This document shows, piece after piece, positions 46,347 to 56,900 of a stretch of DNA of 64,000 bases. The notes beneath the pieces are model-generated. The model ran no database searches and was not told the DNA's origin. It saw only the letters and a program-made list of their open reading frames with translations. This DNA is from an uncultured archaeon. GTDB taxonomy: Archaea > Aenigmatarchaeota > Aenigmatarchaeia > GW2011-AR5 > JAHLMP01. The translations under genes and the position numbers were made by a program. The stretch lies in the NCBI GenBank assembly GCA_964428495.1, contig CAYRXY010000003.1, forward strand, positions 9,588 to 73,587, given 5' to 3'. Positions within the stretch are counted from its first letter, which is position 1; each line of letters opens with the position of its first letter.

Positions 46347-48564
46347 TTGATTTCAGCCATTCTAACCATCTCTTATATATTTCATTCGAGTCCAACTCCT
46401 CAAACTCTTCCAGAACTTTACTGGAAATCAAATGAAACTGATCATTAGACTTAACAACAAACTCTGCTTCCAAAATTTCTGGATTTTTCTTTCCATATTC
46501 TGCAAGTGTTTTCATTATTTTAGACCTCAACATTATATTGTCCCAGACCTTATCCCATCTTCCTTTCCATTCCCTGACACGGGAGGCTATCTCATTCAAT
46601 ACAAATGATTCGCCGATACTCAATGTTTCGGTTGGTCTCAGTTCATCCTCTTTTGCATGATACTCGAGCAAATCAACAAATCCCCCTTCAGTAAGAGGGT
46701 CTTCCTTCCAATGTTTTCTAACCTCTGTAAGTTGTATTACTCTTCTAAATGTTGTTAAGCCATCAGGAGATCTAAGTCTGTTAGCAATGACTATAATGTC
46801 CGTCGCCTTAAAGCTGGTGGGAGGTACCCCCAAATCATTAACAACTCTATCGTATACACCATAGGGAGAGTCACCGTGTATGGTACCTGCCACTACGTTT
46901 GCTAATGCACCAATACGCATAGCCTCATATAGCGCCTTTGCCTCCACACTTCGAACCTCACCGACAATCAAACACGAATCTCCTAAACGAAGTGCAGTTC
47001 TCAACGCCTCATCTGCAGGAAGTTCTATTTCTACTTGAGTTATAACACTTCGTGATTTCAATTGCTCAATATTATATCCAAGCTCTCTCAACTTTCTTAC
47101 TGGAAGTTCTAATGTATCTTCTAATGTTACGATTCTTGATTTTCTCATTATTTGAAGCATCATCGCACCTAACAATGAAGTCTTACCACTTGAACGAGTA
47201 CCAGCAATTAATATACTCCTTCCATTGTCAACTAAAAACCAAAGTAATCCAGCTGTAAATGGATTTATCATCCTATTTGATACGAATAGAGGAAATGTCC
47301 AAGGTCTTTCTCTATGTCGTCTTAAAGCAAATGCCAAACCTGTTGGTGAAAGTGTTCTCGTAATTGAACAGACTCTTGCATGACCTCCGGGTATAAAAAG
47401 CTCTGTATCGAGAACTGGGTTCGCCTCGTCCAATGGCCTTCCTGATAAAAGTCTCAATCTTGTCGCCCAAGATTCAGCATCCTCTCTACTAGGTATTAGA
47501 TTCGTCTCACACTCCTCAAAGTCGTTGTGAAAGATATATATTGGCGATCTACCTATAGGAGAGTTTACGGAAATATCCTGAATCTTTTCATCTGCAAGTA
47601 AAAGCTCTAAGATACCAAAACCAGCTGTATATCTAGTAAGTATTCGTGCAAGCAAATCTATCTTATCAGATGAAAGCCTTACACCATGTCTATTTGCCAG
47701 ATCAGATACCAAGTCCTTTGAAATGTTGTAAAAGGTTTCCCTCATCGTTTTTGGATCAGATAGTTCCGGTCTTCGTGGCTGGTGAGCTGCAAGATATCTC
47801 CTTGCAGCATCAAGTATTGTATATTCATCCTCTTCCAACCTAAATTCTGGTGGTAACATATGATAAAGATATCGAACCTTTCCAGGTAATCTAAAGATTT
47901 CTACGATTGATTCTCCAACCTTATAACGATAAACAAGCTCTGCATTTTCTGGTGGTATTGCAAGATAATAAGTGTACATAAAGTTCGGTCGAATTGTTGG
48001 ATGAAATATTTCTCGGTAGAATGATCTGTCCTTTATTGGTTTATCTAACACATCCTTAGCCAGTTCAAATATTTCACATCGATCGAGAATTTCCTTCATA
48101 GGAAGTAGAGCTTTTCTTAAGTACTTTGAATAACATTCTTGACATATACCTTTAGACCTTTCTAATCTCACTTTGACATGTCGAATTTCACGTATCAACT
48201 GTTTGTATGCATTCAAAGGATCATACTTAATTTGATCTACTAAATTTCTCAAAAAAGCATATCTAGTGGGAACACACTTATCACATCCTTTTACAGAAAT
48301 ATTTTCTAAAGAAATTAAACGCTTTCTCATTATCTCTTGAATTGCATCTGCAAGTTGAACTAGTAATTTTACTTGGGGATAGTCATACTCATATTCTCTT
48401 GTTTCAGCGAGGACGATTTTAGAAACCTTTTTTACTTCAAATAGCTTCTCAATTATTCTTCCCATACATACTTCGCTATCCTCTATACTTGCTCCATATA
48501 TGCAACCCAGACAGTTAATTCTCATCGTCTGGTTTTTATCATCGTAAGTATAATCACAAACCAT
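46330..48564 (-). CDS. Type II/IV secretion-family ATPase (FlaI/TadA/VirB11-like)
   Basis: Walker A LIAGTRSSGKTSLLGAMM, Asp box, Walker B/His box region DSCLIVGEVRSVEAKALYEAMRIGA...GTIHG. 744 aa. Confidence 0.85.
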   Translation of the reverse strand: MVCDYTYDDKNQTMRINCLGCIYGASIEDSEVCMGRIIEKLFEVKKVSKIVLAETREYEYDYPQVKLLVQLADAIQEIMRKRLISLENISVKGCDKCVPTRYAFLRNLVDQIKYDPLNAYKQLIREIRHVKVRLERSKGICQECYSKYLRKALLPMKEILDRCEIFELAKDVLDKPIKDRSFYREIFHPTIRPNFMYTYYLAIPPENAELVYRYKVGESIVEIFRLPGKVRYLYHMLPPEFRLEEDEYTILDAARRYLAAHQPRRPELSDPKTMRETFYNISKDLVSDLANRHGVRLSSDKIDLLARILTRYTAGFGILELLLADEKIQDISVNSPIGRSPIYIFHNDFEECETNLIPSREDAESWATRLRLLSGRPLDEANPVLDTELFIPGGHARVCSITRTLSPTGLAFALRRHRERPWTFPLFVSNRMINPFTAGLLWFLVDNGRSILIAGTRSSGKTSLLGAMMLQIMRKSRIVTLEDTLELPVRKLRELGYNIEQLKSRSVITQVEIELPADEALRTALRLGDSCLIVGEVRSVEAKALYEAMRIGALANVVAGTIHGDSPYGVYDRVVNDLGVPPTSFKATDIIVIANRLRSPDGLTTFRRVIQLTEVRKHWKEDPLTEGGFVDLLEYHAKEDELRPTETLSIGESFVLNEIASRVREWKGRWDKVWDNIMLRSKIMKTLAEYGKKNPEILEAEFVVKSNDQFHLISSKVLEEFEELDSNEIYKRWLEWLKSSGKHA

Positions 48565-48614
48565 AATTATCTCTTATAGTTTTTCCATTTATAATTTGAA
48601 AAGAAAAAAGAAAA

Positions 48615-49580
48615 TCATCTAACTAAGAATGCCCACCAAGGTCTTCTTATGTGAATTACATCTCCTGTAACTACGTCGGCACTACTTTCCACTGGAACGT
48701 TAACGTTAAACACACCGAGAAATTTTCCTGGTTTCAATGCTCTTACCTTGTAAACGACTTTGTTCCCTTCACTATCTATCTCAATTCGTTCAAGCTTCTT
48801 AAATTTGACTTGTTGCCTTATCTTGTTTATTACATCATCTGGAAGCGCCTTTATTTGAGCCGTAACGTTTCTTTCTGTTCGCACTACAACTGTTCCGTTT
48901 TCTATTTCGATATTTCTTCTCGTCACGACTGTTAGATTTCCTATTCTCATTTCAACTTCCCCCTTACTCTCGTTCACTGTCATATTCACTACTCTTTCTC
49001 GTATCCTCGCTCTAATTCTTGCTAACCTTGCAGGAATAGCTGTCTCGTTTGTCATATTTTTCATTCTTAACCATGCAGAAATTCTTGCTTTTCTAGGATT
49101 AATCACGAACCTTTCTATACCCTCTGTGTGATTAAGCGCATTTTCCACTTCAGTCTCATTTCCTGTTTTCACAATAGATATCTCAGTATTAGGAGCTATT
49201 ATGTGAATCTCCTTAGTATGATTTTCATTATTCTGACTAATTTCTATCACTGCCCTTGGAGTTGTTATGTATGTTTCCTTTGTTTCATTAGAGATTACCA
49301 TCGTTCTGTTTACCCCTCTACTACTCATAGAAATGATTTTCGACCCGTTAACAATCTCTCTAGTTATGTTAACCTTTCCCTCTGGTGTTTTTATTTGAAT
49401 CAATTTTGTACCGTTAATATCGACAACAGTTTTGTTCTTAAGTAAGTGGGATAACGCAACTGGTCTCATCTTGTTCATTATGTGAAGAGTCCCCGGTGCT
49501 GCGTTCTGACTCTGTGGAAATACTGCAAAGCCCACTGAAGCTACTAACAGAACTGATAATAAAATCAATAGTTTCTTCAT
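48615..49580 (-). CDS. Secreted N-glycosylation-sequon-rich protein, possibly pilus-associated
   Basis: Signal peptide MKKLLILLSVLLVASVGFAVF. More than 20 N-x-S/T sequons. Sits between the secretion ATPase and the ParA-like gene. Confidence 0.5.
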   Translation of the reverse strand: MKKLLILLSVLLVASVGFAVFPQSQNAAPGTLHIMNKMRPVALSHLLKNKTVVDINGTKLIQIKTPEGKVNITREIVNGSKIISMSSRGVNRTMVISNETKETYITTPRAVIEISQNNENHTKEIHIIAPNTEISIVKTGNETEVENALNHTEGIERFVINPRKARISAWLRMKNMTNETAIPARLARIRARIRERVVNMTVNESKGEVEMRIGNLTVVTRRNIEIENGTVVVRTERNVTAQIKALPDDVINKIRQQVKFKKLERIEIDSEGNKVVYKVRALKPGKFLGVFNVNVPVESSADVVTGDVIHIRRPWWAFLVR

Positions 49581-49584
49581 AGCA

Positions 49585-50325
49585 TCACCTAAACCATCTT
49601 CTTATAAATAAGAACATTGGCTCTTTATATTCTTTTCCTGTGAGTTTGGAGGCTAGTCGGAAAAATGCCACGCTCGCAGGAGCGTACGGATGATATTCAA
49701 CAACAGGTTTCTTTGCTGCCAAACTCCTCAAAACGTTCTTATCAAAAGGTATTTTACCTATCACAGGAGCCCCTAGGGTTGCTTCAACTTCAGCATCCCC
49801 AATCTCGTGTTTCTCCCTCATTACCCTGTTCAAAACTATACCCTTAATCTTCACGCCCATATCCTTGGCTACTTCCACTGTCTTTAATGCATCCGTAACA
49901 TCTGGAAGGTATGGCGATGTCACAACCAGTATTTCATCGCATGCTTCCAACACATTAATTGCCGTCTTATCTAGCCCAGGGGGTGAATCTATTAGAACTT
50001 TTGTATCAAACTCCTTTAGAGCCTGCTTTAGACCTGATGAGTCAATATTAAGATACCTAAGAGAAAGATGAGCTGGAATAAATCTAAGTCCTGTTTCATG
50101 TATATGAAGAGCTTCTAGAAGGGAAAGATTCTGATTAAGAACCTCATGAACCGTTTTATCATAATCAAAGATTCCCAAGTGTAGACCGAAGTTTGGATTT
50201 TTTAGGTCTCCGTCCATAACAACAACTTCCTCTCCAAGCTTGTGCATTGCTAGTCCAAGATTAACAGAAACCGTAGTCTTCCCAACACCTCCTTTACCAG
50301 ATACGATGCCAACGACATTCCTCAT
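49585..50325 (-). CDS. ParA/MinD-family ATPase (TadZ/CpaE-like position)
   Basis: Deviant Walker A GIVSGKGGVGKTTVSVNL. 246 aa. 4-nt overlap with the regulator gene. Confidence 0.85.
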   Translation of the reverse strand: MRNVVGIVSGKGGVGKTTVSVNLGLAMHKLGEEVVVMDGDLKNPNFGLHLGIFDYDKTVHEVLNQNLSLLEALHIHETGLRFIPAHLSLRYLNIDSSGLKQALKEFDTKVLIDSPPGLDKTAINVLEACDEILVVTSPYLPDVTDALKTVEVAKDMGVKIKGIVLNRVMREKHEIGDAEVEATLGAPVIGKIPFDKNVLRSLAAKKPVVEYHPYAPASVAFFRLASKLTGKEYKEPMFLFIRRWFR

Positions 50326-50705
50326 TTTTCAATCACTTTTACTTTATAATATTTTTTCTTTTCTTTTATTTCTCCTTCAAGTATTCCTTGAGATTCCAAA
50401 AATCTTAGATATTGATTTGCACGCGTTCGTGAAATACCAAGCTTCTTTCCAGCTTCTTTGGCTGTCATTGGTTTTTGCTTTAATAAAAATAATATTTGTT
50501 TTTCCTTCTTCGGATTGAGATCGTTCTTACCCTCTTTCAATCTCTTCTCTAAGCGCTCCACACGATGGCCAAGCTCTTTAAGCATTATTACAATTTCCTC
50601 TTTAACCTCTCTTACCTGAATTTTTCTTGGTTCACCAACAAGATTTTTTACCTTCAGTAAATCTTCAGAGACTTCAATCCTTCTCATTTCAATTATTATT
50701 ATCAC
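50322..50705 (-). CDS. Winged-helix transcriptional regulator
   Basis: C-terminal HTH MTAKEAGKKLGISRTRANQYLRFLESQGIL. First gene of the minus-strand pilus-assembly operon. Confidence 0.6.
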   Translation of the reverse strand: MIIIIEMRRIEVSEDLLKVKNLVGEPRKIQVREVKEEIVIMLKELGHRVERLEKRLKEGKNDLNPKKEKQILFLLKQKPMTAKEAGKKLGISRTRANQYLRFLESQGILEGEIKEKKKYYKVKVIEK

Positions 50706-50783
50706 TTAACCTCTTTATAAATTTGATGGCCAACAGTTTTTTAGAAAAATGGCTGAAAATTGCAAATTTTTTGATATATGAAT

Positions 50784-50797
50784 GTGTTTGCAAACAC
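50784..50797. promoter_or_regulatory. Perfect 14-bp palindrome GTGTTTGCAAACAC in a divergent promoter region
   Basis: Lies between the divergent operons (50705 on the minus strand, 50876 on the plus strand). A TATA-like TTATAAAA (50799-50806) follows on the plus strand, and TTTATAAA (50711-50722) on the minus side. Confidence 0.35.
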
Positions 50798-50875
50798 GTT
50801 ATAAAAGCTTATACTTCCCAACACTTATATTCTAATAGACAATTGGCGTCGGTAGTTAACATTAGGTGAAGTTAG

Positions 50876-51910
50876 ATGAAACAAGTAATTTTATTTTCGC
50901 TCTTAGTATTGTTATGTATATTTCCAGCTCAGTCCTTTGGCGGTTCAGTGCAAACGTGGCCAAAAAATGGAATATTAAATACGATCAATGATTTGATCGG
51001 AGGGGTCGTTAACTTTTTTGAAGGAATTGGAAGTAGCATTACGGGTATGATTACAGCAGTTCCAAAGGGTAGTATCCCATCTAGTGGTACAAAAATCCCA
51101 ACCACACCTACTTCACCAGAACCTATGACAACTCTATCTACAACAACGTCTACAAGCACTTCAACGTCTACCACTACATCGATCGCTACAACAACTACCA
51201 TTCCGACAACAAGCACTTCGACAACCACTACAAGCACTGTTGAGACAACTATACCTACAACTACAACCATAGAACCAACCACTACTGTCAATGAAACAAC
51301 GACAACGATCGAACCTAATACAACAACTACAGTGAACGAAACGACAACTACCATCAATGAAACTACTATCCTTCCTGTAGAAGCTCAGACAAAGAATATA
51401 ACTAGTAATGAAACCACTACCACAGTGGAAACGACTACCACGATAAATCAAACCTTGAACAATGCATTAAACCAAAATAATACCCTAAATGAAACAAATA
51501 TCACACTCACTACTCTACCTTCGACAACTAGTACAATCCTGACTACGACTAGTACGATACCGACAACTACAAGCACTCTGGAAACTACAACCGTGCCAAC
51601 AACGTTGGAAACAACAACTACGTTAAATGAAACCGAACTTCCAAACCTTGTGATTGGTGTTGCTATGCCCAAGAAGATAACAAGAGGACAAAAGTTTTCC
51701 ATAACTGTTAGCGTAAACAATCTAGGAGGTCCGGCTTCGGGACTTGATGTATCATTACTGCTTCCGGATGGATTTGAGGTAATAAGTTATGACTCTGATT
51801 GTTCGTCATTATCATATGGTCAAACCTGTTCAGCGTTGTTCGTTGTGAACAGCTCCCTATCTGCATCTCTGGGGGCAAATAATTTTGGTGTGTTGGTGAG
51901 ATATGAATAA
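50876..51910 (+). CDS. Secreted Thr-rich mucin-like protein with C-terminal CARDB/DUF11-like beta-sandwich domain
   Basis: Signal peptide MKQVILFSLLVLLCIFPAQSFG. About 200 aa of T/S/N-rich low complexity (TTTSTSTSTSTTTSIATTTTIPTTSTSTTTT...). C-terminal ITRGQKFSITVSVNNLGGPASGLDVSLLLPDGFEV. Confidence 0.7.
   Translation: MKQVILFSLLVLLCIFPAQSFGGSVQTWPKNGILNTINDLIGGVVNFFEGIGSSITGMITAVPKGSIPSSGTKIPTTPTSPEPMTTLSTTTSTSTSTSTTTSIATTTTIPTTSTSTTTTSTVETTIPTTTTIEPTTTVNETTTTIEPNTTTTVNETTTTINETTILPVEAQTKNITSNETTTTVETTTTINQTLNNALNQNNTLNETNITLTTLPSTTSTILTTTSTIPTTTSTLETTTVPTTLETTTTLNETELPNLVIGVAMPKKITRGQKFSITVSVNNLGGPASGLDVSLLLPDGFEVISYDSDCSSLSYGQTCSALFVVNSSLSASLGANNFGVLVRYE
51100..51620 (+). repeat. Low-complexity ACN-codon (Thr) tract
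   Basis: Repeated acaac/actac motifs encode poly-Thr/Ser. They generate several spurious antisense ORFs (50929-52114). Confidence 0.7.
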
Positions 51911-53969
51911 AGGAGTAAGTAGTGTAATAGCTGCTGTAATATTGGCATCGGTAATAGCTGTATCTGGACTTGCAGCTGTAAAGCTTTCGACTACAGGACT
52001 TCTCACAGCTGGAAAGATGAAGCAGCAAACATTACCTATGGAAGTGTTTGCTAATACGAATCTAAAACTTTGGTTAGAAAACGATACTCTAAAGGCAAAA
52101 TTAATATTAGACAATGAAACACCAGTCTCTGGTGAAACCGTCTATTTCTCATTTGATCAAAGTAAATACTCCGCCACCACAGATAAGAGTGGTGTCGCTT
52201 CTGTTAAAATAGGAAACTATTCCGGCGCCATTGTCGCATCCTATCCGGGAAATGGTAAGAAATACCTGAATGGGGTAGAGGAAAGTATTAGCACAGAGGA
52301 ACTGGATCTAAGTCAGATTCTTCCTCCTGAAGCAAAGAATGTAGTAGTTAAGGAAAAGGAAACGAGGAAGGTATTAAAGACATTCACGAGAGTAAAAAAT
52401 GTAAAACTGAAGATAATTACACCGAAAACTTCTCTTTTAACAGGGTTTGCTACAAAATCTGAATCATCTAAAATAATAGTTAAGAAACAAATTAGAGCCG
52501 TACTGAATCAACCTGTAAAGTGGAAAATAGATACCGGAAATTACGAAATCGAATATGAAACATCAAAACCAATTGCGAAGGAAATTATGCTGGGAAAAAG
52601 AAAGAAGATAATCGTAGAGTCGAATGCATCAGATCATTATTATAATATTTCCGCATTTACCACGATACCAGAACTCAGCTTTCAACCCCGTCTTTACCAC
52701 ATCGTAAATGGTCAGCGCATCGACGTGACAAATGATCCAAGGTACAACGTCTCCTACTGGGATACGAATGGTAACGGCTTATATGACAAGATTACGTGGA
52801 TTGTTCCGATGTTGAGTAACGATACATACGAAATCGATCTAACAATTCTTAATCTTCAATCTTACCCTACCGTCGGTGGAAACTGGACTGTTAAATTCAC
52901 AACACAAGGTACTGCCGACCTATGGATCAGACCTGTTAACGGAACTACATGGTCGCTCTCTTCCTCAGACAATACCGATCTTCAATTCTTAGATATTCGT
53001 TGTGGTAACGAATCAGTCAACTACCAATGGATTAACGGCTCTGTTTATGTATTGGGCTGGTCATGTAATGAAACAGGATATGAAATTAGTCATGTAAAGA
53101 CTCATGGTCATCATTACTTAGAATTCAAATTTGGTAATACAACAAAGTATGCAGAAAATTTTGCCAGTGGTCAAACAATCTGCGGTGTGACATTTAGTAA
53201 TATTACATACGAATTTTTGAACCCATATGGTAATACAATTTTAGCAGTGGATGACAACGGAAATGTCTTGATCAAAAGTACAAATGTTCATACAAGTACT
53301 GCACCGTCATCTGCACCAGTAAATGGTTTTGGAATTCAAATAAATGGTGTCTGGAATTGGACATTTAATGCAAGTGATGCCTACATTTCTGGTAATATTC
53401 AACGATCAATAATATTACCAACATCGGCGGGAGCGAACGATGTTCTCATAGTAAACGCTAGCAATGGCGTTCCACTCCTTTACTTTAATGGATCTTCTGG
53501 TGATCTATTAGCAAAAGGAGTTGTAGTTTATCAGGGAGCACAACTAAATTGTCCATCTGATGGATATTATTGCTATGCGACATATTATAGGGAACATAGA
53601 AATTATTATTGTAATGTATCATCTGGCGACTGTGATTATACCTACTCAAATCGAATAGATTGTAGAAAATACTGTAAAGATATTTGTCATAGATATACCG
53701 GATGTTCTAGTGGTGCATGTAGTGGATCTACTGCTTGTGCAGATAACTATCATTGTAAAGTTGGTTCAGGATGTATATCAGGTGATGGGTGTAGTGGATA
53801 TAAATTATGTTCATGCTCAGGTGGATCAGCAACATGTGTCTGTAACAAAGCGACATGTCATGCACCATGTGCAACTCATTCAGATTGCCCTTCAGGGTAT
53901 TGCTGTGACATGGGTACTTGTACTTGTTATAAATCTGATGGTAGTCTTTGTCCGGGTATGAACATATAA
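51903..53969 (+). CDS. Large prepilin-like surface protein (class III signal peptide) with extremely Cys-rich C-terminal domain
   Basis: N-terminus MNKGVSSVIAAVILASVIAVSGLAAV matches the archaeal prepilin KG|x hydrophobic-helix pattern. 688 aa. The last about 130 aa contain about 45 Cys (CKDICHRYTGCSSGACSGSTACADNYHCKVGSGCISGDGCSGYKLCSCSGGSATCVCNKATCHAPCATHSDCPSGYCCDMGTCTCY). ATGAATAA overlap with the upstream gene. Confidence 0.6.
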   Translation: MNKGVSSVIAAVILASVIAVSGLAAVKLSTTGLLTAGKMKQQTLPMEVFANTNLKLWLENDTLKAKLILDNETPVSGETVYFSFDQSKYSATTDKSGVASVKIGNYSGAIVASYPGNGKKYLNGVEESISTEELDLSQILPPEAKNVVVKEKETRKVLKTFTRVKNVKLKIITPKTSLLTGFATKSESSKIIVKKQIRAVLNQPVKWKIDTGNYEIEYETSKPIAKEIMLGKRKKIIVESNASDHYYNISAFTTIPELSFQPRLYHIVNGQRIDVTNDPRYNVSYWDTNGNGLYDKITWIVPMLSNDTYEIDLTILNLQSYPTVGGNWTVKFTTQGTADLWIRPVNGTTWSLSSSDNTDLQFLDIRCGNESVNYQWINGSVYVLGWSCNETGYEISHVKTHGHHYLEFKFGNTTKYAENFASGQTICGVTFSNITYEFLNPYGNTILAVDDNGNVLIKSTNVHTSTAPSSAPVNGFGIQINGVWNWTFNASDAYISGNIQRSIILPTSAGANDVLIVNASNGVPLLYFNGSSGDLLAKGVVVYQGAQLNCPSDGYYCYATYYREHRNYYCNVSSGDCDYTYSNRIDCRKYCKDICHRYTGCSSGACSGSTACADNYHCKVGSGCISGDGCSGYKLCSCSGGSATCVCNKATCHAPCATHSDCPSGYCCDMGTCTCYKSDGSLCPGMNI

Positions 53970-53984
53970 ATACGTGTGAGTAAT

Positions 53985-56900
53985 ATGATAAAAAAAATAA
54001 TATCGGCCGCGATTTTAATGTTATTTATATTATCCACTATAGCCTTTTCTTTACCCATATCTTCATCTTACATAGAATCTGGGAATAGTGCGACAGTTCA
54101 AATGAACTCTGGTTCTGTATTTTATGGAGAGGTTGATGCTGGTCAGGTCGTTTCTTGGAAATATCTGAAGTATCAAATTTCTGGAACTGGTATTACTGCA
54201 CAAGCTATGGTTAATGTTTCTGACTATGAAAACTTTGCCTCTGTAAAAGGTAGTACTGGTTGGTTTTCTATTAACGCAGATGGCGTACTTGATATTAAAG
54301 AATTATCATCAACATTTAACCTTCCATATGCACGATATGCTCGATTCGCAATAAAAGGAACTGGAGGAGCCTGGCAAATTGATCAATCATGGTTAGAAAT
54401 TTCCACCGGTCCTGATGTATTTCAACCAAAAACGTATTCTACTACAGGAACAGAAAAAACAACATTTAATGATGGTGATAATGTTGTAATAAAAGTGAAC
54501 GTTACAGATCCTGATGGGGCATCTGACATAGGTAGTGTATTGATAAACATAACTGATCCAAACGGTGTTTCAAGAGTTATAAATGGAGTAATGAGTGTTG
54601 ACTCTTCTATAAGTTACGGAAAAACGTATAGATATAACTTTTCAACTACAAATGTAAATGGGACTTGGTCCTTTACAATAGTGGCAAAAGATTCTACTGA
54701 AAAAACCGATTCAAAAGCTGGATCCTTTGTTATAGTTGATACACATGCACCAACCATTACTCTAAATTCTCCAGCTAACAATGATTGGACAAACAATAAT
54801 AAACCCACATTCTACTTTACACCTGATGATTATATTGATCCGGTTTTGGATTGTAGTCTTTACATTGATGGAAATGCCTGCGGTTCAACAACTGCAGATA
54901 GAGGACAACAATCAAGTATAACATCTACATGTACATTAACTGTTGGAGCTCACAATTGGTATATCAAATGTACAGATGATAAGGGTAATACCGGCCAATC
55001 ATCAGAAACGTGGACGATAAACATTGACACCACTCCACCAACCTATACTTGGCTTTCTCCATTGAGTGGAAGTTGGTATAAAGATGGAGATTCAATTAGT
55101 ATTGATGTTGATGTTTCTGATGGAACAGGTGTCGGAATAAATGATGGGGAAAATTGTAATGTAGAGATAGATGATTCAACGACATCGTTTACGGGGACAG
55201 TTACTTATAGTAGTGCGACAGGTAAATGTACTGGAACGATAAAGCTGAATAATCCATCAAATCTAGCAGAAGGTTCAAATTCTCATTCGATAACTGTTAG
55301 TGTTCCTGACAAGTTAGATAATGTACAGACATCTTCAGGACTGTTAATTTCGATTGATAATACTCCACCAACGATAACTTATGTAACTCTAAGTGATTAT
55401 GATGTTCAACCGGGGACAACAATCACGGTAACTACGGATGGCTCTGATTCACTTAGTAGCATAAATACTTGTCATGCTTATCTTGATGATGACACAAACT
55501 ATGGAAATGGATATCTAGATGACTTGGGTGAGTTAGGAACCGACTGTAGTGGACCTGTAACATTACCTTCTGTTAGCAACGGAATCTATTATATAGTCGT
55601 TAGACCAGTGGATAATGTGGGTCTTTCAAACACGAAGGCAAGTAGTGCGCTTAAAATCGATTCAACTTCCCCATCTTGTTTAATCAAATCAATAAAAGAA
55701 GTTTCTGGAACTGATTATTCTTATGTAAGTGGAACCACGATATGGTACAATAATGTAAGTAGTGGTTCATTCATGGTCAATGTATCTGCAAGTGACGATC
55801 TTGCAGGAGTAAGTAGGGTGGTGTTTCCTGCTACAACATCATCTGGTACAACCGACTATTCATCGCCATATAACCACACATACACCTGGTCTATTGGTTC
55901 GAGTTATTCCAGTACAGCAAATGTAACGTGTTATGATAAGGCAGAAAATTCCGCTACTACTTCATTTACCATAACTTTAGACAATACTCCTCCATCTGAT
56001 GGTTCAATAACTTACACTGATGGTTACTACACAACAAAGAGCGTTTCCATATCATATTCATTAGGTTCTGATAATGTGGGTGGTGTCGGCCTTAACACTG
56101 CAACTGGTAGGATTGAGAGAAACTCAGCACCACTAAGTGGTGGTGTTTGTGGTTCTTGGTCTGGATGGACAACGCTCTTATATGATTCTGATGGAACTCA
56201 TGTAGATGAAACCGTCCAAGATAATTATTGCTATCAGTATATATACAGAATCTGTGACGAAGTAAGCAATTGTAAAAATTACACTTCTACCAATATCGCT
56301 AAAGTGGATTCCGTATTACCAACAATTTCATATATTGAACCACCGACTGAAACAAACAACAGTATTATTCATGAACCATTCATAGAAGTGAAGGTTTCAA
56401 CAAGCGATGCTGGTGCTGGTGTTGATAAGATTACCATCTACCTCTACAGAGCAGATACAAAAGCCGGACCTTACACACTAAATGCGACCAAGACATTATA
56501 CTACTCTGGTCAAACCTCTGCTTCACTCTTGGCAAACTTCACGGGATTGGGAGATGGATTTTACAAGTTCAACGCAACAGTCTGGGATCAAGCAGGAAAC
56601 AAACAATCAACAATGACAAGAACCGTTTCAATAAGTCTTAACCCAACAAACTTAACAGATCTTTCGTATTCCTGTGAAGATGATTGTGGATGGGGTGAAG
56701 CATGGAACTTCACCGCCAACATCACCGACAAAGACAATAATCAACGGCTGAATCTCACGTTGCAGTTGTTTAATAGATCAGGATCCGGAATGTGGGAAAA
56801 CATCGACTCTAAAATAGTGTACAGCAACGGAGATAGTTTTGCCGAGACATTCTCGTTAGATCCTGCCTGGACTAATATAGATTCTAACAAAACAAGGGAG

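Noticed and set aside
50929-52114. Five minus-strand ORFs (85-142 aa; V/G/C-rich translations) overlapping the Thr-rich gene
   Set aside because: They are the antisense reading of the ACN-codon low-complexity tract. Their translations are homopolymeric (VVVV..., CSGC...) with no start context, so they are artefacts of the repeat.
53967-53987. Possible stop-codon readthrough joining 51903-53969 to the giant ORF (same frame, separated by TAA + 5 codons)
   Set aside because: The giant ORF has its own ATG and a complete Sec signal peptide immediately after. Two independent secreted proteins is the simpler reading.
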